Source: Candidatus Micrarchaeota archaeon
GTDB lineage: Archaea; Micrarchaeota; Micrarchaeia; Norongarragalinales; Norongarragalinaceae
Assembly: GCA_016207165.1 (NCBI GenBank)
Contig: JACQQD010000001.1
Location: 32,001-96,000 of the forward strand
DNA: 64,000 nucleotides
Reading direction: 5' to 3'
The notes beneath the pieces are model-generated. The model saw only the letters and a list, made by a program, of their open reading frames with translations, did not search any database and had not been told where the DNA came from. The position numbers were made by a program, and so were the translations under genes. This document shows, piece by piece, positions 52,820-62,657 of the stretch (its first letter is position 1; each line of letters opens with the position of its first letter).

Positions 52820-54049
52820 TCACTCGTACCTCAACGCGTCGACGGGGTTCAGCGTGGCGGCGGCGCGGGCCGGCATGAGGCCGGACAATCCGCCGACGAC
52901 GAAGGAAAACGCCAAGGCGCCGGCGACCAGTTCCAAACCCAGGCTGGCGTGGAAGTTGGAAAAGGCGGCTTGTTGAATGGCGACTTCCGCGATTTTGCTG
53001 AGTCCCGCGCCCAAAATCACGCCGGCGACGCCGCCGACCAATCCCAACATGCCGGACTCCATGAGAAACAGCGTGGCGATGTCCGCGTTTTTGGCGCCCA
53101 CGGCTTTGAGGATGCCGATTTCCTTGGTGCGCTCCAAAATCGCGGTGTACATGGTGTTCATGATGCCGATGCCGCCGACCACCAATGAAATGGCGGCGAT
53201 GCCAACCAGCACGAAGGTGACGACGCCAAAAACGGTGTTGAATTGCTCGGTGAGTTGTTCGGGCGTGGACACCGAAAAGGTTTCCTCGCCAACGTCTTGG
53301 TTTTTCAGTTTGCGCAGTTTGTCTTCGATGCGCAGGGCGACGTCGTTGATGGCGGTGCCGTCCTGCACGCGCACCAAAATCATGGACAATAGCTCGGGTT
53401 CGTCGAATTGCTCTCGCATGGCGTCCAGCGGCAAGTAAATGGAGTTGTCGTCGATGTCGTTGCCCAGCGTGTCGTATACGCCGACGACCTGCATGGCGGT
53501 GCCGTCCACTTCCAGGGTGTCGCCCAAGTTTACAAGTCGCGCAAACGCGCCGTCGTGGACGCGAAAGCCGATGACGACTTTGTTCTTGTCGCCGTCGCGC
53601 AGATGCCTTCCTTCTAAGAGGTTGCCGAACTGGGTTTCCTCGAATACGTCTTGCGAGCCGTCGGTGGGCACGCCAATGGCAAACGCGGAGAGCGTCTCGC
53701 GTTTGAACGACGTGCCGACGCTCTTGTAGAGGATGCCTCCGGCCACGTCAACGCCTCGGATGCGTTCAATGGCTTTCCGATCCGTTTCGCTGATGGGCTT
53801 TGCGGTGGTCGCGGATACAAACGGCGTCGCGGCCAAGCCATTGTAGCCCAAGACGGTAATCTTGTCTGCTCCCAGTTTGTTGAACTCGCCTTGGATGGTG
53901 TCTTGGAGTCCTTGGCCCAAGGCCAAAAGCGCCACGACGGTGGCGATGCCGATGAAGATGCCGACGATGGTCAGAAAGCTCCGGAGCCGCCGGTGCGTGA
54001 GGCTCTGGAATGCCAACGCCAAGAAATCGGCTATTTTTTCTTGACCCAC
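52820..54049 (-). CDS. MacB/FtsX-family ABC permease
   Basis: RSFLTIVGI.IG, VGGIGIMNTM, ERTKEIGILKAVGA, PVDALRYE. Confidence 0.95.
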   Translation of the reverse strand: MGQEKIADFLALAFQSLTHRRLRSFLTIVGIFIGIATVVALLALGQGLQDTIQGEFNKLGADKITVLGYNGLAATPFVSATTAKPISETDRKAIERIRGVDVAGGILYKSVGTSFKRETLSAFAIGVPTDGSQDVFEETQFGNLLEGRHLRDGDKNKVVIGFRVHDGAFARLVNLGDTLEVDGTAMQVVGVYDTLGNDIDDNSIYLPLDAMREQFDEPELLSMILVRVQDGTAINDVALRIEDKLRKLKNQDVGEETFSVSTPEQLTEQFNTVFGVVTFVLVGIAAISLVVGGIGIMNTMYTAILERTKEIGILKAVGAKNADIATLFLMESGMLGLVGGVAGVILGAGLSKIAEVAIQQAAFSNFHASLGLELVAGALAFSFVVGGLSGLMPARAAATLNPVDALRYE

Positions 54050-55218
54050 TTGCGGTACCCCCAGCGTCCCACGAAGAACAAGACGACCAACGCCACCAGT
54101 CCCGTCAGCCAGTCGACTCCGCCTTGCGGCTCCAGTTTGAAGCGCTGGATTTGCTCGTCGGTGTACGTCGGCACGGTGACTTGGATTTTTTCCGTGTAGG
54201 CGTGGTTGTTGGCGTCGCGGTACGTCAGCGTCAAATCCAGGGTGGGACTGGCCTCTCGGACGTACAGGGCATACTCCGCGGTTTCGTAGTCGTCCGACGC
54301 AATGCTGCCGATGTACTGGCTTTTTTGCGTCGTGGTCTCAAAACCATCGCTTTCCGCCAGTTCCAAGTTCAAGAACTGCACGTCTTCCAGGCCGCGGTTG
54401 ACGATGCGGAGCGTCACGGAACCCAGGGTGCCGGGGCGTCGAATGGTGGATTCGGAGAGTTCCACGTCCAGTTTCGGCGACGCGCCCACTTGAATGCCGA
54501 TTTCGCCTTTCTGCGTGTACTTCGTCCCGCCGGTGTCCTCAAACGTGAGGGTGACCGGCACGCGGAGGGGCTTGCTTTCCGCATCCGGGGATACCACCAA
54601 GCCAAACGAAACTGTTTCTTCGGATTGGCCCACCACCAGTCCCACGATCTTCTCGGAACTGCTTTGAACCGGCACGAGCTTGTCGGAGACGTTGAGCGCC
54701 ACGCGGACGTTCTTGAAGTCGGTGCCGCCCAGGTTTTTGAGCACCAGTTCGACGTCCACGCGTTGTCCGGGCTCGACTTTTTCCGGGTTCGTCTTGACGC
54801 GGTCGATGGCGAGGTTGCCGCTTTGCGGCTGGACGTAAATGGAGAAGTTCGAGGCAATGAACGTCGACGTCGCGGTTTGGCAGCCGAAGGTAATCGTGTT
54901 GTTGCCCAGCACCGCGTCGGAGGCCACGCGCAGCGTGTACTTGTTGACCCAACTCTGTCGGCCGGTCAACAGCGGCAGGCTGCGCTCGGCGCTCTGCCCG
55001 GGTTCCAGGGAAAACGGAGACGACGGATCCAGCCGGCACGTCACGTCGCGCTGCGTTTCGCTGGCGTACACGTCCATCCATAACTCGACGTGGCGGCCGG
55101 GCTCCGCGGGATACGGCACGTGCCGCAAGGCATTCAAGGTCAACCCGCCCGACAACGCGGTGGCCGCCGCGGCCCAAAGCGGCGATAACACCAGCAGCAT
55201 CAAAAACACTTTCTTCAT
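54031..55218 (-). CDS. COG1361 S-layer-like Ig-repeat membrane-anchored protein
   Basis: Signal peptide, PYPAEPG and PEKVEPG repeats, C-terminal TM. Confidence 0.8.
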   Translation of the reverse strand: MKKVFLMLLVLSPLWAAAATALSGGLTLNALRHVPYPAEPGRHVELWMDVYASETQRDVTCRLDPSSPFSLEPGQSAERSLPLLTGRQSWVNKYTLRVASDAVLGNNTITFGCQTATSTFIASNFSIYVQPQSGNLAIDRVKTNPEKVEPGQRVDVELVLKNLGGTDFKNVRVALNVSDKLVPVQSSSEKIVGLVVGQSEETVSFGLVVSPDAESKPLRVPVTLTFEDTGGTKYTQKGEIGIQVGASPKLDVELSESTIRRPGTLGSVTLRIVNRGLEDVQFLNLELAESDGFETTTQKSQYIGSIASDDYETAEYALYVREASPTLDLTLTYRDANNHAYTEKIQVTVPTYTDEQIQRFKLEPQGGVDWLTGLVALVVLFFVGRWGYRKWVKKK

Positions 55219-55901
55219 GGTTTTCCCTCCAGTTTTCCGTCCTTGATTTGGATGATTCTCCGCGTCCTTTTCGCAATGCTTGCGTCGTGGGTGACGAACA
55301 CGACGGTGCGGCCCTGGTCATTGAGTTCGACGAAGAGTTCCAAGATTTCCCCGCCGGTTTTGGAGTCCAAGTTCCCGGTGGGCTCGTCGGCCAGCACGAT
55401 GGCGGGGTCGTTGACAAGGGCCCGGGCGATGGCTACGCGTTGCTGCTCGCCTCCCGAAAGTTCGCCGGGCCGGTGGTTTTTTCTGTGTCCCAAACCCACG
55501 CGTTCAAGCAATGCGTTCACGCGTTCTTGACGCTTTTTTTTCTCCACGCCTTGGAACACCAATGGGATTTCCACGTTTTCGGCGGCGGAAAGCGAGGACA
55601 CGAGGTTGAATTTCTGGAACACGAACCCGATTTTACGGCCTCGGAGGTCCGCCAATTCGTCGGAATCCATTTCGCTGGTGTCGTGGCCGTCCACGACCAC
55701 GCGGCCTTGGGAGGGCACGTCCAGCGCCCCGATGATGTGCATGAGCGTGCTTTTGCCGGAGCCTGAAGGCCCCATGATGGCGGACAGTTCGCCGTTTCGG
55801 ATGGATAAGTCAATGCCGCGCAGCACGGGTACGTCCAGGGTTCCCGTACGGTAGGACTTGTAAATGCCGTGCAATTCCAATGCGTTTACTTTTTTCCGCA
55901 T
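55215..55901 (-). CDS. LolD/MacB-type ABC ATPase
   Basis: [27 protein letters not shown]. Confidence 0.95.
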   Translation of the reverse strand: MRKKVNALELHGIYKSYRTGTLDVPVLRGIDLSIRNGELSAIMGPSGSGKSTLMHIIGALDVPSQGRVVVDGHDTSEMDSDELADLRGRKIGFVFQKFNLVSSLSAAENVEIPLVFQGVEKKKRQERVNALLERVGLGHRKNHRPGELSGGEQQRVAIARALVNDPAIVLADEPTGNLDSKTGGEILELFVELNDQGRTVVFVTHDASIAKRTRRIIQIKDGKLEGKP

Positions 55902-56347
55902 GCGTGCATCATTTTTCGCATCGCTTCTTTCCGTTTTTCGCCCGGCAGGGCCAGAACGCGTTCGTGAAACGCCATGATTTCCTTGAAGGCCTCGGTGGCC
56001 GCGGCCATTTCTTCTTCATCGAAACCGTACGCCACGCGCAAGACGATCGGGCGGACCACCCAGAAGCCCGTTCGGCTTTCCACCATTAATTCCGCCTTCC
56101 GTTGCGCCAGGGCGCGCCGGCCTTTTTGGGTGAGGTGATAGGCAATCGAGCGTCTCCCCTGCCCGATCAATTCGGCGCGGACCAGGCCCTCTTGTTGAAG
56201 CCGTGAAAACAAGGGGTAAATGCTTCCGAAACTCGGCTTCCAATGGCCTTGGGTGAAGTACGCCACGCGTTCGGCAAGCGTTTTGCCCGTCACGCCGCGC
56301 GCCGACTCGTGAAGGGCCAGGGTCTCCAGGAGTCCGGGAATCCGCAT
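55886..56347 (-). CDS. PadR-family regulator
   Basis: [18 protein letters not shown]...Y.LTQKG. Confidence 0.85.
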   Translation of the reverse strand: MRIPGLLETLALHESARGVTGKTLAERVAYFTQGHWKPSFGSIYPLFSRLQQEGLVRAELIGQGRRSIAYHLTQKGRRALAQRKAELMVESRTGFWVVRPIVLRVAYGFDEEEMAAATEAFKEIMAFHERVLALPGEKRKEAMRKMMHACGKK

Positions 56348-56426
56348 GCGCCTTTGTTATCGCCTCCGATATATATTGGCTTCGATACCAATGGGGTTAA
56401 AATGCCGTTTCCCCCCAGTTCAAGGC

Positions 56427-57455
56427 ATGGCGTTAAGCAACCTGGACTGTTTTTACCTGGTGCGCGAGTTGTCGGCGCTTTTTGGGCAGCCGCTGCAAAA
56501 GGCGTTTGCCGCTCCGCCGGTGTTCCGCTTCAAGTTCAAGTCAACCAATTTCGTCGTGCATGTGCCGGACGCCGCCTTTGCCACGGAGGCGCCGCCGGTG
56601 TTCGACGCGCATCCGGGCCCTTGGGCGATGCGGCTTCGCAAACTCGTCAAGGGCCGCTTGGTTCGGGTAGCGCAAGTGGGGTTTGACCGCATCCTGCGCC
56701 TGGATTTTCCGGGGTCGTCGGTGGTCTTTGAATTGTTTGCCGACGGCAACGTGTTGGTGCTGGACGAAAACGGCGTCATCGTCTTGCCGTTGCGTCGGGA
56801 AACCTATGCCGCGCGAACGCTTTCCGCCAAAACGGCGTACCAGGCGCCGCCCATGGACAAAATGCATCCGGCCGAATTCGATGCCGCGAAGCTTCCCGTC
56901 CAGGGGTCGCTGATTTCCGCGTTGTCCAAGTGCGTCAACCTTTCGCCTCTTTACTTGGAGGAGGCGATTCTTCGGGCGGGCCTCAACAAAGTGGTGCCCG
57001 TCACCCAACTTTTGTCGGGTGAAACGCAGGCGCTTGAGGCTTCGTTGTCGGCTTTGTTGGACCAACCCCTGGATGCCCGCGTCTACTTCAAAAACGGCGA
57101 GCCTTTTTTCGCGGCGCCCTTCGCACTCTGGGTTTACCGGGATTTGCCGTGCGAACCCGTTGCCTCGTTTTCCGCCGGCTTGCAGCGCGTCTTTTCGGCG
57201 GGCAAAACGGTGGACGTCCCGGCGGCTTTGGCGGAGAAGCGAAAACACGCGGTGGGAGTACAGCAACGGGAGGCCTTGGCGCGGTTTGGGGAACAAGCCG
57301 CCGAAGCCCGTCAAAAAGCGGAGTGGATTCTTAAAAACGCGACCCTGGTCGAGTGGCTGAAATCCGATGCATCGCTTTCAGAGAAAGACGTCGAAGCGGC
57401 GGTGCCGAACCTCCGGTTCACCCGGAAGAAAAACGAGTTTGAATTCGATTTTTAG
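56427..57455 (+). CDS. NFACT/RqcH-family protein, N-terminal half only
   Basis: LSNLD, MRLRK, QVGFDRI, ELFADGNVLV, YLEEA HhH. Confidence 0.8.
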   Translation: MALSNLDCFYLVRELSALFGQPLQKAFAAPPVFRFKFKSTNFVVHVPDAAFATEAPPVFDAHPGPWAMRLRKLVKGRLVRVAQVGFDRILRLDFPGSSVVFELFADGNVLVLDENGVIVLPLRRETYAARTLSAKTAYQAPPMDKMHPAEFDAAKLPVQGSLISALSKCVNLSPLYLEEAILRAGLNKVVPVTQLLSGETQALEASLSALLDQPLDARVYFKNGEPFFAAPFALWVYRDLPCEPVASFSAGLQRVFSAGKTVDVPAALAEKRKHAVGVQQREALARFGEQAAEARQKAEWILKNATLVEWLKSDASLSEKDVEAAVPNLRFTRKKNEFEFDF

Positions 57456-57739
57456 GTGCGGAAGCCTTGGGGTTCAGGTTCGCCGGAGATCCCGCGGCGG
57501 TCCACGACCATGACGTCCTTGACGTCCAGCACCGAGCTGTACGGCACCGAGACGAGTCCGTCGGCGTCATGCTGGGCCCGCGCCGCGAAGCTGGAGTCGG
57601 GGTTCGGTTCGATGCTCACGCTTTCCAGTTTCCCGGTGACTTCGTCAAGGTACAAGTCGATGACGCGACCGAGTTCCTCGCCGTCCGTGGTAATCACGCG
57701 TTTACCGGCCAACTGCTTGGCAATGGCGTATTTGACCAT
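57452..57739 (-). CDS. PRC-barrel protein (CdpB-like)
   Basis: QLAGKRVITTDGEELGRVIDLYLDEVTG...VPY..V..VKD..VV. Confidence 0.85.
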   Translation of the reverse strand: MVKYAIAKQLAGKRVITTDGEELGRVIDLYLDEVTGKLESVSIEPNPDSSFAARAQHDADGLVSVPYSSVLDVKDVMVVDRRGISGEPEPQGFRT

Positions 57740-57853
57740 AAGAAACACCTTCGAGGATAACCTTTCACGGATGCTCTTTAAATAGGTTCTCTTGCCTCAC
57801 CTGCGCACTTTTAAACGTGTGCACCGTAACGGGGTTGGGTTAGGTGATGCGTT

Positions 57854-58129
57854 TTGGGCGTAAAAGATGAAGTCGTGGGCATGCTTTCCATGCTCAAAAA
57901 ACAGGGCTTAAACCCGGTGGACGCCGTTTTTGAAGGAGCCATTGGCGTCAAAGAGGACACGGAACTTTCGTACTTGGACAAGTTGGACGAAAAGCAACTG
58001 GTCTCCGGAGTCATCCGCGTCATTTACACGAATTCCGAGAACCACATCCGTTTTGTAGAGATACCGGTGGGCCAAGGCGGGGAACAACAACTCGAACAGC
58101 AAGCTGGCGGCGGATCCGGCGGGTCCTAG
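57854..58129 (+). CDS. Hypothetical protein
   Basis: AGGTGA RBS before the TTG start. Confidence 0.6.
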   Translation: MGVKDEVVGMLSMLKKQGLNPVDAVFEGAIGVKEDTELSYLDKLDEKQLVSGVIRVIYTNSENHIRFVEIPVGQGGEQQLEQQAGGGSGGS

Positions 58130-58167
58130 CCTCTTTTTTATACGGCTTGCGCCACCGTTTTTACGCC

Positions 58168-59172
58168 ATGGCTTTCACGTTGACGTTGGAGCAGAAACGC
58201 GAGCGGTCGCCGTACTACTACATTGGGCCGTCCAAGCACGCGGCCGTGCAGACGTGCCTTTGGACGAAGAAAGCGCTGACGGGCGAAGGATTCTGCTATA
58301 AGATGACGTTTTACGGCATCCAGAGCCACCGTTGCATCCAGTGGTCGCCTTGCCCGGTGCACTGCAACTTCGCCTGCCGTTTTTGCTGGAGGGACACGTC
58401 GATTCACTCCCCGCAATGGGAGGGACCGGTCGACGACGCCGAGACGCTGGTGCAGGCCTCCATCGACGGCTTCAACCATTTGCTTAACGGCTACCCTGGA
58501 AACCCCAAGACGGTTCCGAAACGAATGGAACAAAGTCTTGACCCCATCCACACCGCCATCTCGTTGGACGGCGAACCCACCTTGTACCCGGAATTGCCGG
58601 CGCTGATTCGAGCTTTTCACAAGCGGAAAATCACGACGTTTCTAGTCACCAACGGCTCCAACCCAAAAATGCTTCGCCTCTTGGCACAAGAGCAAAGCCT
58701 TCCCACGCAAGTCTACGTTTCGTTGTCGGCGTGGGACGAGGCGTCGTTTCAATCCATCCAAAAACCCCTCCAAACCGGTTTGTGGGACAATTACTTGGAG
58801 TCCTTGGACGTCATGCGGGAAATGGACCACGACCGAAGGGTGCTGCGCATGACGTTGGCCAAGGGCTTGAACATCACGCCGGAGTCCATTACCGGCTTCT
58901 CGGAAATCGTCGGCCGAAGCGGGGCCGAATACGTGGAAGTCAAGTCGTACACGCCCGTGGGCAAAAGCCGGCTGCGCCTGGGGCCCAATTTCGCGCCTTG
59001 CCATCAAGACATGCAGGCCGTGGCCAAGGATCTGGCGGAAAAAACGGGTTACCTCTACACGGCCGAGCACGAACCCAGCCAAGTCGTTTTGCTGTGCCGC
59101 GATGAATCGGCCAAACGCAACCGCATGCTGAAGTTGCGCGAGTTGGTTGGCTCCGAACGCGCTTTTTCGTAG
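58168..59172 (+). CDS. taw1: 4-demethylwyosine synthase (radical SAM)
   Basis: C.WTK, CYK..FYGI.SHRC, CxxxCxxC-WR, SLDGEPTLY, VEVKSY. Confidence 0.93.
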   Translation: MAFTLTLEQKRERSPYYYIGPSKHAAVQTCLWTKKALTGEGFCYKMTFYGIQSHRCIQWSPCPVHCNFACRFCWRDTSIHSPQWEGPVDDAETLVQASIDGFNHLLNGYPGNPKTVPKRMEQSLDPIHTAISLDGEPTLYPELPALIRAFHKRKITTFLVTNGSNPKMLRLLAQEQSLPTQVYVSLSAWDEASFQSIQKPLQTGLWDNYLESLDVMREMDHDRRVLRMTLAKGLNITPESITGFSEIVGRSGAEYVEVKSYTPVGKSRLRLGPNFAPCHQDMQAVAKDLAEKTGYLYTAEHEPSQVVLLCRDESAKRNRMLKLRELVGSERAFS

Positions 59173-59243
59173 GAGTGCCAACCGGAAAATGACCCCGCAT
59201 TTTTTATAGGGGTTTCGCGACGTATTGTCTTAGGGCCCCCGGC

Positions 59244-60680
59244 ATGATGCGGTTTGAATCCACGAAAGACATTCCAATCCCCAAAGACCCGCTTCAACAA
59301 ATCATCGGACAACGGCACGCCGTCCAAATTGCCCGCATTGCCGCCAAGCAACGAAGAAACTTGTTGCTTGTCGGACCACCCGGCATTGGCAAAAGCCTTC
59401 TTGCCCAAGCCATTTCCTATCATTTGGAGCCCCCCAGTCAGGAAGTCAGCGTGCTTCACAACCCGGAGACTCCCGAGCGGCCGCTGGTGGAAGTCAAAAG
59501 CCGGGAACAGTTGGCCAAGGAACGGCGCATGTCCCAGCAAATCCAGGGCCGGGCCGTTACCCCTAAAGACGTGCCGAGTTTCGTCGCCGAACGCCTCGGG
59601 TTTCGCTGCCGCCGGTGCGGAAAACTCTCCGAGTCCCACGAGCGGGCGTGCCCGGCGTGCGGCGTGGACAAGTACGCGGCATCTTTCGGGCAAGGCGTGT
59701 TGAGTGAATACGTGCAGGACGTCAAGCCCCAGAACCGCGTGCACACCACGCGGCTTTTGGACGACGGCCGCGAGGAAGTGGTGGTCTACGAACGCCACGG
59801 CGAGAAAATCCGGGTGTTGGACCAACGCGCCTTGGAGAAATTGGACCAACTCAAGAAGAAAAAGCCTCGGAAAGTCTTGATGCCTTTCAACCGCCAGTCT
59901 TTCGTCATTGCCACCGGCGCGTCCGAGACGGAACTCTTGGGCGACGTACGCCACGACCCCTATGGGGGTCATGCCGGAGTCGGCGTGCAGCCGTATTTGC
60001 GCGTGGTGCCGGGATCCGTTCACGAAGCCCATGAGGGCGTCTTGTTCGTCGACGAATTGTCGGCGTTGGGCGGAATCCAGCGCTTTTTGTTGACGGCCAT
60101 GCAAGAGCGGAAGTACTCCATTGTCGGCCGCAACCCGCACAGCGCCGGCGCGTCGGTGCGTGTGGAGAGCGTGCCGTGTGACTTCATTTTGGTGGCGGCG
60201 TCCAACATCAATGACTTGCCCAACGTGTTGCCGCCGCTTCGCTCCCGCGTCGTGGGCAACGGCTACGAAGTGCTCTTGGATACGACCATGCCGGACACCG
60301 AGGAGAACCGCGACCAGTTGTGCCAGTTCGTCGCCCAGGAGATCGTGAAAGACGGCAAGATTCCGCACGCGTCCGCCGACGCCGTGGACGCCCTGCTGGA
60401 CGAATCCCGCCGCCGGGCGCGTCGCGTTGACGAGTCCGAGAACGCGTTGACGCTGCGGTTGCGCGAATTGTCCGGCGTGATTCGGTTGGCCGGCGACTTG
60501 GCGTGCGCGCAGGGAACCGAATTGATTTCCGCGGAACAAATTTCCGGCGCCATCCACCGCAGCCGCAACATCGAGGAACAACTCCGCGAAAAATACGGTT
60601 CGGTGTGGAAGGCCTCCGCCAAGGAATTCCAAACGCACTTGGAAGAGCGGTCCGCCCAGGACTCGCGGGACGTGGGGTAG
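59244..60680 (+). CDS. LonB-like AAA+ ATPase lacking the protease domain
   Basis: IPIPKDPLQQIIGQ, GPPGIGKS, LLGDVRHDP, PGSVHEAHEGVLFVDE, LRSR; no Ser-Lys domain. Confidence 0.85.
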   Translation: MMRFESTKDIPIPKDPLQQIIGQRHAVQIARIAAKQRRNLLLVGPPGIGKSLLAQAISYHLEPPSQEVSVLHNPETPERPLVEVKSREQLAKERRMSQQIQGRAVTPKDVPSFVAERLGFRCRRCGKLSESHERACPACGVDKYAASFGQGVLSEYVQDVKPQNRVHTTRLLDDGREEVVVYERHGEKIRVLDQRALEKLDQLKKKKPRKVLMPFNRQSFVIATGASETELLGDVRHDPYGGHAGVGVQPYLRVVPGSVHEAHEGVLFVDELSALGGIQRFLLTAMQERKYSIVGRNPHSAGASVRVESVPCDFILVAASNINDLPNVLPPLRSRVVGNGYEVLLDTTMPDTEENRDQLCQFVAQEIVKDGKIPHASADAVDALLDESRRRARRVDESENALTLRLRELSGVIRLAGDLACAQGTELISAEQISGAIHRSRNIEEQLREKYGSVWKASAKEFQTHLEERSAQDSRDVG

Positions 60681-60688
60681 TTTTCCAC

Positions 60689-61258
60689 ATGGCGAAGTTC
60701 AACCTCCGGAAACTTTTTGGAAACTTCAGGCCGCCGGAGCGCGTGCAAGCCCGGCAAAAAATCCGCGGTCTTGTGGCCCAGCGCGACGCGTCGCGCTTGC
60801 GTCATGTCTTTCGCGTGTCGGACTTGTCCCCCAGAGCGCGAAAAGCGTTGGTGGCGGCGTTGGTGGGAACCGCTTTGTTGGGCGCCAGCGCGGCGGGCCT
60901 GTCTTTGCTTTCCAGTCATTTGAACCGCGTCAACCGCCAACTTGACGTTGAAATGCAGCGTCAACAAGTGCAATCCCGGCAACAGGAATTTCGCTCCTAC
61001 CAGAACGAACAAGCCGCGCGTCGGCGCCGTGGGATGCCGGTCCAAACCTTGGACGAATACCACCGAAGCACCTATCAAGTTGCCCCGGAAGCGCCGGATT
61101 GGGTTCCAAAACCCGAACAAACCCCGGCGTTTAAGGCTCCAAAATGGGTGCCTTCCGAAGAAGAGGCTTCGCCTCGCCCGTCGCCTTCAACCCAGCGACC
61201 AGCGGATTTGAGGAAATTGGCTGGCCGGACGCGGCCAAGACGAATGGCAAGACGCTAG
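60689..61258 (+). CDS. Hypothetical single-TM Arg-rich protein
   Basis: ATG after the Lon-like gene stop; ALVAALVGTALLG TM. Confidence 0.55.
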   Translation: MAKFNLRKLFGNFRPPERVQARQKIRGLVAQRDASRLRHVFRVSDLSPRARKALVAALVGTALLGASAAGLSLLSSHLNRVNRQLDVEMQRQQVQSRQQEFRSYQNEQAARRRRGMPVQTLDEYHRSTYQVAPEAPDWVPKPEQTPAFKAPKWVPSEEEASPRPSPSTQRPADLRKLAGRTRPRRMARR

Positions 61259-61261
61259 AAC

Positions 61262-61699
61262 TTATTTCTTTTTTTTGTGGTGTTCCACGGCTTTCTGGAT
61301 GAGCGTCTTGTGGTGTTCCACGATGCGTTGGTCGTACTCTTCCAGCGGGACAATGACTTTGCCGGATTGGTAGACCATGACGGCGACGACGGCGACTCCG
61401 AACCAGAACAAGAACGTGGCCGCGGGGCCCAACATGACGCCGAGAAAGTCTTCGTACGTGAACGTGTAGAATCCGCCGAAGCTCGAATCAATGCTCCAAC
61501 CAAACAGTTGCGGCACCAGCGTGGGGTCAATCAAGGCGGCTCGCGCTTTCTCGACTTGGACGAAGAGTTGGTACAGGCTTTCCGCCAGCTTGAGCACGGA
61601 GGCGAACACGAAGAATGCGCCGGCGGTTTTCAACAAGTGCAGTCTTCGGCCGCCGATTTTCAGCCACATGACGCGGTGCAATGCCATAACGGTTTTCAC
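61262..61699 (-). CDS. Hypothetical membrane protein
   Basis: Two TM segments. Confidence 0.65.
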   Translation of the reverse strand: MKTVMALHRVMWLKIGGRRLHLLKTAGAFFVFASVLKLAESLYQLFVQVEKARAALIDPTLVPQLFGWSIDSSFGGFYTFTYEDFLGVMLGPAATFLFWFGVAVVAVMVYQSGKVIVPLEEYDQRIVEHHKTLIQKAVEHHKKKK

Positions 61700-61758
61700 C
61701 TTCTACCCAAGTAACGGTTTGGCGCTTTTAAATACTTGGGAAAGCACTCTGCGTTTTC

Positions 61759-61831
61759 GGGTCCGTAGTCGAGTGGTTAAGACATCTCCTTTACGAGGAG
61801 AGGATCCCCGGTTCGATTCCGGGCGGGCCCA
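61759..61831 (+). tRNA. tRNA-Val(TAC)
   Basis: GGGTCCG/CGGGCCC acceptor stem, TCTCC-TTTACGA-GGAGA anticodon arm, GTTCGATTC T-loop. Confidence 0.93.
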
Positions 61832-61884
61832 TTTGCATAAAAATCAACCGAATCTTTAAATCCCGCTCCGTGCAGGTTGTTTCC

Positions 61885-62094
61885 ATGGAGAAAAAGTTCC
61901 ACGTCGTCCTTGAAGCCCAGGAGGAAGGCGGGTTCGTGGCCTATGTTCCGGAGCTTCCAGGGTGCCACACACAAGGCGAGACGAGGAATGAAGCGCTTGA
62001 AAACATTCGGCAAGCCAAGGAGCTGTATTTGGAGACCGTCAAAGGGAGGAAGGCCAGTCTACCGCACGTTGAAGTGCGCCTTCTTCCCGGTTGA
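61885..62094 (+). CDS. hicB: HicB-family antitoxin (short form)
   Basis: EEGGFVAYVPELPGCHTQGETRNEALENI. Confidence 0.92.
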   Translation: MEKKFHVVLEAQEEGGFVAYVPELPGCHTQGETRNEALENIRQAKELYLETVKGRKASLPHVEVRLLPG

Positions 62095-62100
62095 TTTTCT

Positions 62101-62196
62101 TTGGCCAAGTTACCGGTGTTGACAGGTCGCCAACTCATTCAAGTTCTCAAACCTTGGAATCCCTCGGCAAGAGTTTTAGGCCCTGGTTTAATTTGA
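62101..62196 (+). pseudogene. hicA: Truncated HicA toxin remnant
   Basis: MAKLPVLTGRQLIQVL HicA-type N-terminus, then loses similarity and stops at 31 aa; no GSH motif. Confidence 0.6.
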
Positions 62197-62217
62197 TTCA
62201 TCTGCTTTTGTCTTTCC

Positions 62218-62625
62218 GTGTCCAAACCCCCGTTCCCAACCCCTTCCGCTTTGGCCTGCGGGCTTCTGCGCGACGGAGAACGATTCCTGTTTTTGAAGCA
62301 AAAAGACGGCCAGGGAATCGAGCACATTGGTTTTCCATGCGTTTTCGTGTTTCGCGGCGAGGATGCCGTGAAAAAACTTTCGGAAGCGTTTTTGGAACAA
62401 ACCGGGATTGACGGCCATGTCCGCGAAGTCCTTTTGGAGGCAAGGCACAATGCGGGCTCCCGCCGGAAAAAGCGTTTCATTGCGTGCCTGGGGTTCTTGG
62501 TGTCGGCAAAGTCCGCCAACGCAGCCCCCGGCAAAGGCTTCACGGGTTTCGTTTGGCTGTCCTTGAAAGATGCGAAAACACGGAAGCTTTTGCGCTTTGC
62601 GGAATGGATTTTGAGTGGCCGCTAA
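62218..62625 (+). CDS. NUDIX-like protein (degenerate Nudix box)
   Basis: RFLFLKQ...GFP...GEDAVKKLSEAFLEQTGI. Confidence 0.55.
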   Translation: MSKPPFPTPSALACGLLRDGERFLFLKQKDGQGIEHIGFPCVFVFRGEDAVKKLSEAFLEQTGIDGHVREVLLEARHNAGSRRKKRFIACLGFLVSAKSANAAPGKGFTGFVWLSLKDAKTRKLLRFAEWILSGR

Positions 62626-62657
62626 GCCCTTAAAACCGCGCTCCGCGTTCTTGTTTC

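Noticed and set aside
57854-58129. Second ubiquitin-like protein (Gly-rich C-terminus)
   Set aside because: Ends GGS in a Gly/Ser linker-like tail; no recognisable beta-grasp pattern
59055-60638. Long antisense ORFs (this one, also 7775-8944, 32263-33294 and 54010-55083)
   Set aside because: Shadow frames opposite well-supported genes in GC-rich sequence
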